From Pseudomonadota bacterium (GTDB lineage Bacteria > Pseudomonadota > Alphaproteobacteria > Rhodobacterales > Rhodobacteraceae): a stretch of 64,000 nucleotides of DNA. The stretch covers positions 274,226 through 338,225 of the forward strand of contig JBCAYL010000001.1 of the NCBI GenBank assembly GCA_038533575.1, in the 5' to 3' direction. Positions 47,254 through 56,010 of the stretch are shown here, in pieces (the stretch's first letter is position 1; every line of letters begins with the position of its first letter). A program made the translations under genes and the position numbers. The notes below the pieces were generated by a model. The model searched no databases. It saw only the letters and a list, made by a program, of their open reading frames with translations, and was not told where the DNA came from.

Positions 47254-48816
47254 ATGGACCTCCTCGACGATCCGACCCCGGGAATGAATACGCCTGAATA
47301 CTCCGTCTCGGAGCTCTCCGGCGCGATCAAGCGGACCATCGAGGGCGAGTTCGGACGCATTCGCGTGCGCGGCGAGGTGGGGCGCGTGGTGCGCGCGCGC
47401 TCAGGCCATCTCTACTTCGATCTCAAGGATGACCGGAACACGCTCTCCTGCACCACCTGGAAGGGGCAAGTGACCGGCCTCGGCGTGATGCCGGAGGAGG
47501 GGATGGAGGTGGTGGCCACCGGCCGCATGTCCGCCTTCGGGCCGCAATCGAAATACAACATGAATGTCGATGAGCTTGCCGTGGCGGGGCAGGGGGCGCT
47601 CATGGCCATGCTCGAGAAGCGCAAGAAGGCGCTCGAGGCAGAGGGGCTTTTCGCGGCGGAGCGCAAGAAGCCGCTGCCCTACCTGCCCGAGGTGATCGGC
47701 GTGGTGACCTCGCCCACGGGCGCCGTCATCCGTGATATTCTCCATCGCCTGCGTGACCGCTTTCCGCGGAAGGTCCTGATCTGGCCCGTGGCCGTGCAGG
47801 GCCAGAACTGCGCACCGGAGGTGACGGCGGGCATCACCGGCTTCAACGCGCTCACGCCCGGGGGCGCGCTTCCTCGGCCCGATCTCATCATCGTGGCGCG
47901 CGGTGGCGGCTCCATCGAGGACCTCTGGGGCTTCAACGAGGAGAGCGTGGCCCGCGCCGCCGCTGCATCCGAGATCCCGCTCATCTCCGCCGTGGGGCAT
48001 GAAACCGACACGACCCTCATCGACTATGTGAGCGACCGGCGGGCGCCCACGCCCACGGCGGCGGCCGAGCTCGCCGTGCCGGTGCGCCGCGATCTTCTGG
48101 CCTGGGTGGAGGAGCAGGGCGCGCGCCTCATCCGCGGCGAAGGCGCCATTCTCGACGGGCGGGGCCAGCGGCTCCGCGATCTCTCCCGCGCGCTGCCACG
48201 GGCAGAGGCGCTCATGGCGGCGCCGCGCCAACGGCTTGATCTCGCGGAGGCGCGGCTCAAACCCGCGCTGGCCTCCGCCGTGCAAAGCCGCCGCGTGCGC
48301 CTCGCCCAGGCCGCGCTCGGGCCGGGGCTTCTGACCCGTGGGCTGGCGGAAGAGGGCCGGCGGCTTTCGAGCTGGGCTGCGCGTCTCGGGCCCGCGCTCT
48401 TGCGCGCCTCCACGACGAAGCGGGAACGCCTCGATGCTCGGGGGCGCCTCTCGCCGGGGCTGCTGGAGGAGCGTCTCACGCAGAAGCGGCAGGAACTAAC
48501 GCGGCTGGCCACGCGGCTCTGCGATGTCTCGGCCACGCGCCAAGCAAAGCTTCGGGACCGTCTGACCGCCCTCGACCGACTGCGAGAAACCTTGAGCTAC
48601 AAGGCCACGCTCGAGCGCGGCTACGCGGTCGTGCGCTCCGGCGGCGCGGTCGTCACCCGCAAGGCGCAGGTGAAACCTGCCGAGCCGATCGAGATCGAGT
48701 TTGCCGACGGTCGCCTGGCCACGGGGAGCTCGGGAGCGACCGTCGCCGCGCCTGCAAGAAAGCCAAAGGCGGCGCCGCGCGGCGCGCAGGGCTCGCTCTT
48801 CGACGCTGGGGATTAG
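47254..48816 (+). CDS. xseA: exodeoxyribonuclease VII large subunit
   Basis: Start MDLLDDPTPG at 47254. YSVSELSGAIKRTIEGEFGRIRVRGEV is the OB-fold signature, followed by VARGGGSIEDLWGFN. Confidence 0.92.
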   Translation: MDLLDDPTPGMNTPEYSVSELSGAIKRTIEGEFGRIRVRGEVGRVVRARSGHLYFDLKDDRNTLSCTTWKGQVTGLGVMPEEGMEVVATGRMSAFGPQSKYNMNVDELAVAGQGALMAMLEKRKKALEAEGLFAAERKKPLPYLPEVIGVVTSPTGAVIRDILHRLRDRFPRKVLIWPVAVQGQNCAPEVTAGITGFNALTPGGALPRPDLIIVARGGGSIEDLWGFNEESVARAAAASEIPLISAVGHETDTTLIDYVSDRRAPTPTAAAELAVPVRRDLLAWVEEQGARLIRGEGAILDGRGQRLRDLSRALPRAEALMAAPRQRLDLAEARLKPALASAVQSRRVRLAQAALGPGLLTRGLAEEGRRLSSWAARLGPALLRASTTKRERLDARGRLSPGLLEERLTQKRQELTRLATRLCDVSATRQAKLRDRLTALDRLRETLSYKATLERGYAVVRSGGAVVTRKAQVKPAEPIEIEFADGRLATGSSGATVAAPARKPKAAPRGAQGSLFDAGD

Positions 48817-48819
48817 GGC

Positions 48820-49215
48820 TTAGACACCGATCTGCGGACCGGGGCAAAAGAGCGGCTCCTCGCTTTCCTGCACCTGGTAGACGGGAGCACCATCGCGCCC
48901 AGCGAAATCGGCGCGCAGCCCGCCCGGCCCCTCGAAGAACCGCCAGCATTGCGGCTCTGGATTGTCCTCGTAGACAAAGCAGATCAGCGGCCCGTCGTCA
49001 TACCAGAAGCCATCGCGGCACTCCTCCCCGGCGAAGGCCCAGCGGACCTGGCGGCCCGGGAGGTACTCCTCCGTGCCGTAGGGTGCCTCGCCCGCGCGGC
49101 CGTAGCTCAGCGTGCGCCCCGTCACGAACGCTTCGAACTCCGCCGCGGTCATGGGTGTCTCTTGGGCCGCAGCGGGACAGGCGAACAGGGCAACGGCCAG
49201 GGCAAGGATACGCAT
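48820..49215 (-). CDS. hypothetical exported protein
   Basis: Start MRILALAVALFACPAAAQ at 49215 (signal peptide). 131 aa with four Cys. No family recognised. Confidence 0.5.
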   Translation of the reverse strand: MRILALAVALFACPAAAQETPMTAAEFEAFVTGRTLSYGRAGEAPYGTEEYLPGRQVRWAFAGEECRDGFWYDDGPLICFVYEDNPEPQCWRFFEGPGGLRADFAGRDGAPVYQVQESEEPLFCPGPQIGV

Positions 49216-49406
49216 GGGGTGACCGTGCCACCGGGGCCGGGGCTTGGCCAGTGCCTTCGCTTGAGAAACCCCTGTCGCCCATAGGCGACGCACGGTCCTT
49301 TGCCTGCGGCGTTCGGGCGCGCGAAACGGGGCGCAGATGTCGTTTTCGGGCGACGGGCCGGGGGCGGAGGCCCTATGCTGCCCGCGACCGACGAAGGAGG
49401 TGCGCC

Positions 49407-51092
49407 GTGGCGCTCGACGAAGGCAAAGGCATCTGGAAATCCGCCAAGGGCAAGGGAAGGCGCCACACGAAGGGGCGCCCGCTCGATGATCGCGCGTGGG
49501 ACGAGGTGAAGGCGCTTCTCGGGGCGCGGGAACGGCGGCGTGATCACCTCATCGAGTTCCTCCACCTGATCCAGGACACCTACGGGCATCTCTCGGCGGC
49601 CCATCTCCGCGCTCTGGCAGAGGAGATGCGCCTTTCGCAGGCGGAGGTTTACGAGGTCGCGACGTTTTACGCGCATTTCGACGTGGTGAAGGAGGGCGAA
49701 ACGCCCCCGCCGGCGCTGACCATTCGCGTCTGCGACTCGCTCTCGTGCGAGTTGGCCGGGGCGCAGGAGTTGAAATCCGCCCTGGAGGCAGGGCTCGACC
49801 CGGGCGAAGTCCGCGTGCTCCGCGCGCCGTGCATGGGCCGCTGCGATACCGCCCCGGTCCTCGAGCTCGGGCATCACCATGTCGACCACGCCACCGTCGA
49901 AAAGACCAAGGACGCCATCGCCGCCGTCCATATCCATCCGGAGATCCCGGATTATGAAGGCCTCGCCGCCTATCGCTCCGCCGGAGGCTACAAGGCGCTG
50001 GCCGAGCTCCGAGAGGACGGGGACTGGGAAGAGGTGCAGGAGCGCGTCCTCGCAGCCGGGCTTCGGGGCCTCGGCGGCGCGGGTTTCCCGTCTGGCAAGA
50101 AATGGGGCTTCGTCCGCGCCAATCCCGGGCCGCGATACCTCGCCGTCAACGGCGATGAGGGCGAGCCCGGAACCTTCAAGGATCGCTACTATCTCGAGCG
50201 CACGCCGCACCTTTTCCTCGAGGGGATGCTGATCGCTGCATGGGCCGTGGAAGCGGAGCGCGTCTTTCTCTACATGCGCGACGAATACCCGGCCGTGCTC
50301 CATATCCTCGCCACCGAGCTCAAGGCCATGGAAGTCGCGGGCCTGATCGCGCCGGGCTATGTCGAGCTTCGCCGCGGAGCGGGCGCCTACATCTGCGGCG
50401 AAGAGAGCGCGATGATCGAGTCCATCGAGGGCAAGCGCGGCATTCCCCGGCATCGCCCGCCCTTCGTGGCCCAGGTTGGCGTCTTCGGGCAGCCCACGCT
50501 CGTCCACAACATCGAGACGCTGCACTGGGTCGCGCGGATCTGCCGTGAGGGGCCGGAGATCCTGTCGGGCGTGGAAAAGAACGGCCGCACGGGCCTGCGC
50601 TCCTATTCCGTCTCGGGGCGCGTGGCGCGGCCGGGCGTCTATCTTCTGCCGTCGGGCTCAACGATCATGGATGTCATCGCGGCCGCGGGCGGCATGGCCG
50701 ACGGGCATGTCTTCAAGGCCTATCAGCCAGGCGGCCCGTCCTCCGGGCTTCTGCCTGCCACGATCAACGACGTCCCGCTCGACTTCGATACGCTTCAGCC
50801 GCTCGGCACCTTCATCGGCTCCGCGGCGGTGGTCGTGTTGAGTGACCAGGACAGCGCGCGGGCCGCAGCGCTGAACATGCTCCGATTTTTCGAGGATGAA
50901 AGCTGCGGGCAATGCACGCCCTGCCGCGTGGGCTGCGAGAAGGCGGTCAAACTCATGCAGGCCGATCACTGGGATCAGGGGCTGCTGACGGAGCTTTCGA
51001 ATGTCATGGTCGACGCCTCCATCTGCGGCCTCGGGCAGGCGGCGCCGAACCCGATCAAGTCGGTCATGCGGCATTTCCCCGAGGAAATCTGA
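49407..51092 (+). CDS. NAD(H)-binding NuoE-NuoF fusion protein (formate dehydrogenase beta subunit FdsB-like diaphorase)
   Basis: In-frame GTG 49407 sits 9 nt after AAGGAGG. The NuoE-like 2Fe-2S region (CDSLSCELAG...APCMGRCDTAP) is fused to a NuoF-like region (GLGGAGFPSGKKW, ESCGQCTPCR). The upstream part of the track ORF overlaps the convergent gene. Confidence 0.85.
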   Translation: MALDEGKGIWKSAKGKGRRHTKGRPLDDRAWDEVKALLGARERRRDHLIEFLHLIQDTYGHLSAAHLRALAEEMRLSQAEVYEVATFYAHFDVVKEGETPPPALTIRVCDSLSCELAGAQELKSALEAGLDPGEVRVLRAPCMGRCDTAPVLELGHHHVDHATVEKTKDAIAAVHIHPEIPDYEGLAAYRSAGGYKALAELREDGDWEEVQERVLAAGLRGLGGAGFPSGKKWGFVRANPGPRYLAVNGDEGEPGTFKDRYYLERTPHLFLEGMLIAAWAVEAERVFLYMRDEYPAVLHILATELKAMEVAGLIAPGYVELRRGAGAYICGEESAMIESIEGKRGIPRHRPPFVAQVGVFGQPTLVHNIETLHWVARICREGPEILSGVEKNGRTGLRSYSVSGRVARPGVYLLPSGSTIMDVIAAAGGMADGHVFKAYQPGGPSSGLLPATINDVPLDFDTLQPLGTFIGSAAVVVLSDQDSARAAALNMLRFFEDESCGQCTPCRVGCEKAVKLMQADHWDQGLLTELSNVMVDASICGLGQAAPNPIKSVMRHFPEEI

Positions 51093-51216
51093 GCCGCACA
51101 CGGGGCTGCTCCGATGACCTAGGCCCTCGATAGCGCCCGCCCGCGTCCTCTATGCGCCTCCCCGCATCTTCCCCTCCCGACGTGGGAGGGTTAGGTGACG
51201 AGAAACGCGAGGTGAC

Positions 51217-52488
51217 ATGTCCTTCTTCGGCAAACTCAAAGACCGCTTGTTCAAGTCGAGCTCGAAGCTCGACGAGGGGCTCGATGCCATCGTCGATGAC
51301 GGCGGGACGGTGGAGGCGGCGGAGGTCCCGGATGAAGCCCGGGATGAGATGCGCACGGATGAAGCTCCCGAAGCGCAATCCGCCCCGGCCTCCGAGCCGG
51401 AGCCGGCCCCGGGGCCAGAGGCAGAGCCCGAGAGCGCGGCGGAGCCTGAGCCGGAGCCCGCGCGAGCGCTCGCACCAGAGCCCGAGCCGGAACCGGACCC
51501 CGAGCCGGAGCCCGTGAGGGCGCCGCCCGCGGAGGCCGCGAGGCCCGCGCCCGTTCCCGTGGAAACGGTCACGCACGAGGCGCCGGAAGAGGCCGCGCCC
51601 CGGCCCGGATTGCTCGGGCGCCTCATGGGACGCAGTGCAAGCCCGGCGGAGAAGAAGCGCGTCCTCGACGATGACATGCTCGAGCAGCTCGAAGAGCTTC
51701 TCATCACCTCCGACATGGGCGTGGACACGGCGCTGCGCGTCACCGCCAACATGGCCGAGGGCCGCATGGGCCGCCGCCTGTCGGCGCGCGACATCAAGAG
51801 CCTCATGGCCGAGGAGATTGCGCGGATCATGGAGGGCGTTGCGCGCCCGCTTCCCATCTACCCGAAGACGCCGCAGGTCGTGCTGGTCGTGGGCGTGAAC
51901 GGCTCCGGCAAGACCACGACCATCGGCAAGCTCGCCTCGCAGTTTCGCGCGGCGGGCAAATCCGTGGTGATTGCCGCGGGCGATACGTTCCGCGCGGCGG
52001 CCGTCGAACAGCTTCAGGTCTGGGGCGATCGCGCCGGGGTGCCGGTGCTGACGGCGCCGGAGGGTTCGGACCCCGCGAGCCTTGCCTTCGACGCCATGAC
52101 CAAGGCCGAAGCCGAGGGGGCAGACCTCCTGATGATCGACACGGCAGGCCGGCTGCAGAACCGCGCCGACCTCATGGAAGAGCTTGCCAAGATCGTGCGC
52201 GTCATTCGCAAGAAGGATCCCGACGCGCCGCACAACACGCTCCTCGTGCTCGATGCCACCACCGGCCAGAACGCGCTCTCGCAAGTCGAGACCTTCCAGA
52301 AACTCGCCGATGTCTCGGGGCTCGTGATGACAAAGCTCGACGGGACGGCGAAGGGCGGTGTTCTCGTGGCGCTCGCGGACAAGTTCGGCCTGCCGATCCA
52401 CGCCATCGGCGTGGGCGAGCAGATCGACGATCTTGCGCCCTTCGACCCTGAGGAATTCGCGGCTGCGCTCACGGGCCTCGATGCCTGA
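51217..52488 (+). CDS. ftsY: signal recognition particle receptor FtsY
   Basis: MSFFGKLKDRL opening, acidic Pro/Glu-rich A-domain (PEPEPEPDPEPEP), and NG domain GVNGSGKTTTIGKLA, DTAGRL, TKLDG. Confidence 0.95.
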   Translation: MSFFGKLKDRLFKSSSKLDEGLDAIVDDGGTVEAAEVPDEARDEMRTDEAPEAQSAPASEPEPAPGPEAEPESAAEPEPEPARALAPEPEPEPDPEPEPVRAPPAEAARPAPVPVETVTHEAPEEAAPRPGLLGRLMGRSASPAEKKRVLDDDMLEQLEELLITSDMGVDTALRVTANMAEGRMGRRLSARDIKSLMAEEIARIMEGVARPLPIYPKTPQVVLVVGVNGSGKTTTIGKLASQFRAAGKSVVIAAGDTFRAAAVEQLQVWGDRAGVPVLTAPEGSDPASLAFDAMTKAEAEGADLLMIDTAGRLQNRADLMEELAKIVRVIRKKDPDAPHNTLLVLDATTGQNALSQVETFQKLADVSGLVMTKLDGTAKGGVLVALADKFGLPIHAIGVGEQIDDLAPFDPEEFAAALTGLDA

Positions 52489-52571
52489 TGGGGCGTGACG
52501 ACAGGCGCCGCGGGCAGGCGTCCTTGCATCCAAAGCGACGCAAAAGGCGCAAGCGCCCTTGAGCCCCGCCG

Positions 52572-53474
52572 ATGACTGAGTGGATCCTGGGCATTGAGGG
52601 AACGGAGGCGGGCACCCGCGCGGCGCTCGTCCTCGCGCTTTTGGCGGCCTTTCTTCACGCGATTTTCGGTGCGCTCCAGAAGGGCAAGCACGATCCATGG
52701 CTCACGCGGGGTGCCATCGATATCTGGATCTGCGTCCTGTCCGCGCCGGTGGCGCTCTTCGTGGTGCCGTGGCCCGTGGGGCAGGAATGGCTGATCATGG
52801 CGGGCGCCATGGTCATTCACTTCGCCTACAAGGTCGGCATGGCGCTGTCCTACAGTCGTGGTGCTTACACGGTGGTCTACCCTGTCGTCCGGGGGACGGC
52901 GCCGATCTTCACCGTGATCGGAGCCTACTTTTTCTTCGGGGAAGTCTTCACGCTCGTGCAATGGGCGGGTGTGGCGCTGCTCAGCGGGGCGATCCTCGGG
53001 CTTGCAGCCTACAATCTCAGACATGTGGAGGTGGATCGCGTGAGCCTCGTGCCGGCCCTGTGGTTTGCCGTGGGTACCGGGGCACTCGTCGCGCTCTACA
53101 CGACCTACGACGCTTACGGCATCCGCGCGATCCCGGATCCTTTCACCTTTCTCGCGTGGTTCTTCTTCCTCACCTCCTTCGATTTCGTCGTGCTCGGGCC
53201 CATCTTGTACTGGCGTGACCCCCTCCGCCCACCGGTGCGTCCTCTTCTAGCGCGCGGGATCGTTGGCGCCTTCGTCGCCTTCGGCTCCTTCGGGTCGATC
53301 ATGGTGGCGACCCGGCTCGACAAGGTGGGCGAGGCGGCGGTACTGAGAGAGACGTCCACCGTGTTCGCCGCCCTCATCGGGTGGCTTTTTCTCAAGGAGA
53401 CGGTGGGGCCCCGGCGCGCGGCCCTCATGGCCGCGATCGCGGCAGGCGCGGTGATTGTGGAATTCGGAGGCTGA
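52572..53474 (+). CDS. DMT superfamily (EamA-like) transporter
   Basis: 300 aa with ~10 hydrophobic helices. Confidence 0.8.
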   Translation: MTEWILGIEGTEAGTRAALVLALLAAFLHAIFGALQKGKHDPWLTRGAIDIWICVLSAPVALFVVPWPVGQEWLIMAGAMVIHFAYKVGMALSYSRGAYTVVYPVVRGTAPIFTVIGAYFFFGEVFTLVQWAGVALLSGAILGLAAYNLRHVEVDRVSLVPALWFAVGTGALVALYTTYDAYGIRAIPDPFTFLAWFFFLTSFDFVVLGPILYWRDPLRPPVRPLLARGIVGAFVAFGSFGSIMVATRLDKVGEAAVLRETSTVFAALIGWLFLKETVGPRRAALMAAIAAGAVIVEFGG

Positions 53475-53504
53475 GCCTTGGCGGAGACGAAAGAAATCAA
53501 CTCG

Positions 53505-54083
53505 ATGACAAAGCTTGTGCTCGAGCTGGGCCCGCCCGTGGCATTCTTCGTGATCTACCTGCGCATCCAGGACGAGATCTTCACCTTCGGCGGCACGGAA
53601 TATTCCGGCTTCATCGTGGCCACCGTCATCTTCGTGCCGATCCTGCTCGCGGCCATGGGCCTGCTCTGGATGCTCACGGGCAAGCTCAGCCGCATGCAGA
53701 TCTTTACGGCCTTCATGGTCATCTTCTTCGGAGCGCTGACGGCCTATTTCAACGACGAGCGGTTTTTCAAGATGAAGACGACGCTTGTCTACGGCTTCTT
53801 CGCGGTCATGCTCGGGATCGGGCTTATCAAGCGCAAGAGCTTCCTCGCCTATGTCATGGCCGAGATGATGCCCATGACCGATGAGGGCTGGATGATTCTG
53901 ACCCGTCGCCTGACGCTCGCCTTTGCCGCGCTGGCGGTGGCCAACGAGATCATCTGGCGGACCATGAGCACCGAGACATGGGTGGCGATCGAGACATTCG
54001 GGTTCCCGATCGCGCTTTTTGTCTTTCTCTGGTGGCAGATCATGGCGCTCCAAAGCCACGTCATCGAGGACGACGCGTCCTAG
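53505..54083 (+). CDS. yciB: inner-membrane septation protein A (YciB/IspZ family)
   Basis: MTKLVLELGPPVAFFVIY is the family's typical N-terminus (ATG 53505). The track ORF starts at TTG 53478. Five TM segments. Confidence 0.85.
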   Translation: MTKLVLELGPPVAFFVIYLRIQDEIFTFGGTEYSGFIVATVIFVPILLAAMGLLWMLTGKLSRMQIFTAFMVIFFGALTAYFNDERFFKMKTTLVYGFFAVMLGIGLIKRKSFLAYVMAEMMPMTDEGWMILTRRLTLAFAALAVANEIIWRTMSTETWVAIETFGFPIALFVFLWWQIMALQSHVIEDDAS

Positions 54084-54155
54084 GGGCACTCGCCTGAAGA
54101 AGAGTGCAAGTCCCGTCCCTGCCGCCCCACTCTGGTCAAACAGCGGGCTTGATAA

Positions 54156-54359
54156 AGGGTCGCCTCCGTTTCCGCGCCCGGCTCCGTCCAGATCGAGACA
54201 TTCAATGGCGCGGTCCTCGGCATGGCGGCGTTGAAGGCCGGACCCAATGCCAACGTGCGCGTGGCCTTTATGGGTGCGGCGACAGGCCAGGACCTCATTG
54301 CCAAGCTCATCGTCAACGGTGAGGTGGTGGACGTCAAAATGATCGACGTCGCGCGCTAA
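54156..54359 (+). pseudogene. 5'-truncated paralog of the small secreted protein gene at 54772..55095
   Basis: The frame after the TGA-TAA stops (54150-54155) reads RVASVSAPGSVQIETFNGAVLGMAALKAGPNANVRVAFMGAATGQDLIAKLIVNGEVVDVKMIDVAR*. It aligns with residues ~42-107 of the downstream gene (about 38 of 66 identical by hand). It has no start codon or signal peptide. Confidence 0.55.
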
Positions 54360-54378
54360 ATCCCCAGACAGACGCGCG

Positions 54379-54410
54379 AAAGGCTGGCCTTCGGGCCGGC
54401 CTTTTTCGTT
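54379..54410 (+). terminator. intrinsic terminator after the truncated paralog
   Basis: GGCTGGCC / GGCCGGCC stem (one G-U pair), TTCG loop, then TTTTTCGTT. It resembles the terminator after the intact paralog. Confidence 0.7.
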
Positions 54411-54771
54411 TTCCTGCCCGGAACGCGAGAATTTTTCGGCATTTTCCGGTTTCAGATCACGCGCCGCTTGTGATTTGTTACAGTCTGATTTCCCGTTTTT
54501 TCATGCAATCCGCGCCAATTCCCGGCGCGGGCGCACCAAGTCTTCGCCTCTGTGCACAGAACCGCCCCTGCGTGAGGGTTTCTGGCATTTCAACAGGTTG
54601 GGCGTGTCACCTGATGCACAGATTCATGTGAACGGTTCGAGGGTTTTTCTTTTCGTCACAGGACACATCTCTCGGTCATCGGACGGCGGCACCGACCCTA
54701 ACCCGCCACCGCCCGGAACACATCAAACCCGGCGCTGACCCCGCCGACCATACTGAAACAAAGGAACTCTC

Positions 54772-55095
54772 ATGTTCAAGAAATTCGCAATCGCCGCCAC
54801 CGCCATCGCACTCTCCGCTGGCGCCGCATCCGCCAACAACACCTTCGGCATCCTCGGTGGTGCAGAGCAGGGCGACACGTTCTACGACGTGAACGTGGCT
54901 CGTACGCTCGGCGCAGGTGAAGTGCAGATCTCCACGCTGTCCGGTGACGTGCTCGGCACGGCCATGCTGAACGCCGGCACCAACACCGACGTCCGCGTGC
55001 CCTTCGCAACGCCGGCATCCGGCCAGGACCTCGTCGCCTCGCTCATCGTGAACGGCAACGTGGTTGATCAAGAAGAGATCGACGTGCGCCGCTAA
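54772..55095 (+). CDS. small secreted protein (107 aa, function unknown)
   Basis: AAGGAA RBS and signal peptide MFKKFAIAATAIALSAGAASA. The mature part is Gly/Val/Thr/Asn-rich and probably beta-rich. Strong terminator downstream. Confidence 0.65.
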   Translation: MFKKFAIAATAIALSAGAASANNTFGILGGAEQGDTFYDVNVARTLGAGEVQISTLSGDVLGTAMLNAGTNTDVRVPFATPASGQDLVASLIVNGNVVDQEEIDVRR

Positions 55096-55116
55096 ATCCA
55101 GCGCACTCAAATCGGG

Positions 55117-55150
55117 AAAAGGGCTGGCCTTGCGCCAGCCCTTTTTCTTT
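55117..55150. terminator. bidirectional intrinsic terminator
   Basis: AAAAGGGCTGGC-CTTGC-GCCAGCCCTTTTTCTTT lies between the small secreted protein gene and the convergent GST gene. Confidence 0.75.
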
Positions 55151-55159
55151 GCGGGGATG

Positions 55160-55849
55160 CTATCGCGCGAAAAGCGCGTCGAGCTCCGCCTTGGTCGCCG
55201 CGCCCTTGCGCTTCTCGGCGAGCACCTGCTGCCCCCGCTGAAGCGCGGGCCTCGCCCAGCAAGCCGCGAGCCACCGTTTCAGATGGGGCTTGTCGTCCAT
55301 GCTCTGCTCTTGCCCCGGCCAGAGCGAGGCCCACGGCCAAATGGCCATGTCGGCAATCGTGTACGCAGACCCGGCGACCCATTCGCTCTGCGCCAGCCTC
55401 CGGTCGAGGACCCCATAAAGGCGCGCGGTTTCTCCACGGTAGCGGTCCTGCGCGTAGGGAAGCACGACGGGCGGGTCGAAATTCGGGGCGAACTTCAGGA
55501 AATGATGGGCCTGTCCGGCCATCGGGCCCACGCCGCCCATCTGCCACATGAGCCATTCTTCCACGGCGATCTGCCCCCGGGCGTCGGCGCCGCCGAATTG
55601 GCCGGTCTTGCGGGCGAGGTAGAGCAGGATCGCCCCGGATTCGAAGACGCTCACGGGGTCGCCGTCGGGCCCCACCGCATCGACGATGGCGGGCATTCGA
55701 TTGTTGGGCGCGATCTTGAGAAAATCCGGCTCGAACTGCGCGCCTGATCCGATGTCGATCTCATGGAGCCTGTAGGGCAGGCCCATCTCTTCGAGGGCAA
55801 TCGTGACTTTCCAGCCGTTGGGCGTGGGCCAGTAGTAGAGATCGATCAT
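55160..55849 (-). CDS. glutathione S-transferase family protein (YfcG/Nu-class-like)
   Basis: 229 aa. MIDLYYWPTPNGWKVTIALEEMGLPY and NNRMPAIVD...FESGAILLYLA are typical of this GST subgroup. Confidence 0.9.
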   Translation of the reverse strand: MIDLYYWPTPNGWKVTIALEEMGLPYRLHEIDIGSGAQFEPDFLKIAPNNRMPAIVDAVGPDGDPVSVFESGAILLYLARKTGQFGGADARGQIAVEEWLMWQMGGVGPMAGQAHHFLKFAPNFDPPVVLPYAQDRYRGETARLYGVLDRRLAQSEWVAGSAYTIADMAIWPWASLWPGQEQSMDDKPHLKRWLAACWARPALQRGQQVLAEKRKGAATKAELDALFAR

Positions 55850-55941
55850 GGAATGCTCCTTTGCATGCTCAGGATGGCCAGTGCGGGCCGGATGGCAAGG
55901 GCCGCGCTTGACCGGGAGCGCCGGGCGGCATAGGCACGAAG

Positions 55942-55990
55942 GGTGGCGATTTGTGCCGGATTGCGGGCCACGTAAAAGAAACCGCTAAAC
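55942..55990 (+). promoter_or_regulatory. probable SAM-II riboswitch aptamer in the metZ leader
   Basis: GGUGGCGAUUUGUGCCGGAUUGCGGGCCACGUAAAAGAAACCGCUAAAC. P1 is GUGGC (55943-47) / GCCAC (55967-71). A GAUUU segment follows, and loop GCGG (55963-66) can pseudoknot with CCGC (55982-85) before CUAAA. The pattern resembles the alphaproteobacterial metA-motif consensus as I remember it. Confidence 0.55.
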
Positions 55991-56010
55991 AGGTGAGGAG
56001 CGTATTTGCG

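Noticed and set aside
49083-49406. 108-codon upstream extension of the FdsB-like ORF
   Set aside because: It overlaps the convergent exported-protein gene (48820..49215) and is Arg/Pro/Gly-rich. An in-frame GTG at 49407 with a strong AAGGAGG 9 nt upstream fits better.
54475-54738. 87-codon TTG-initiated ORF in the leader of the small secreted-protein gene
   Set aside because: It has poor third-position GC bias, an odd composition, a non-ATG start and no RBS. It is more likely non-coding leader.
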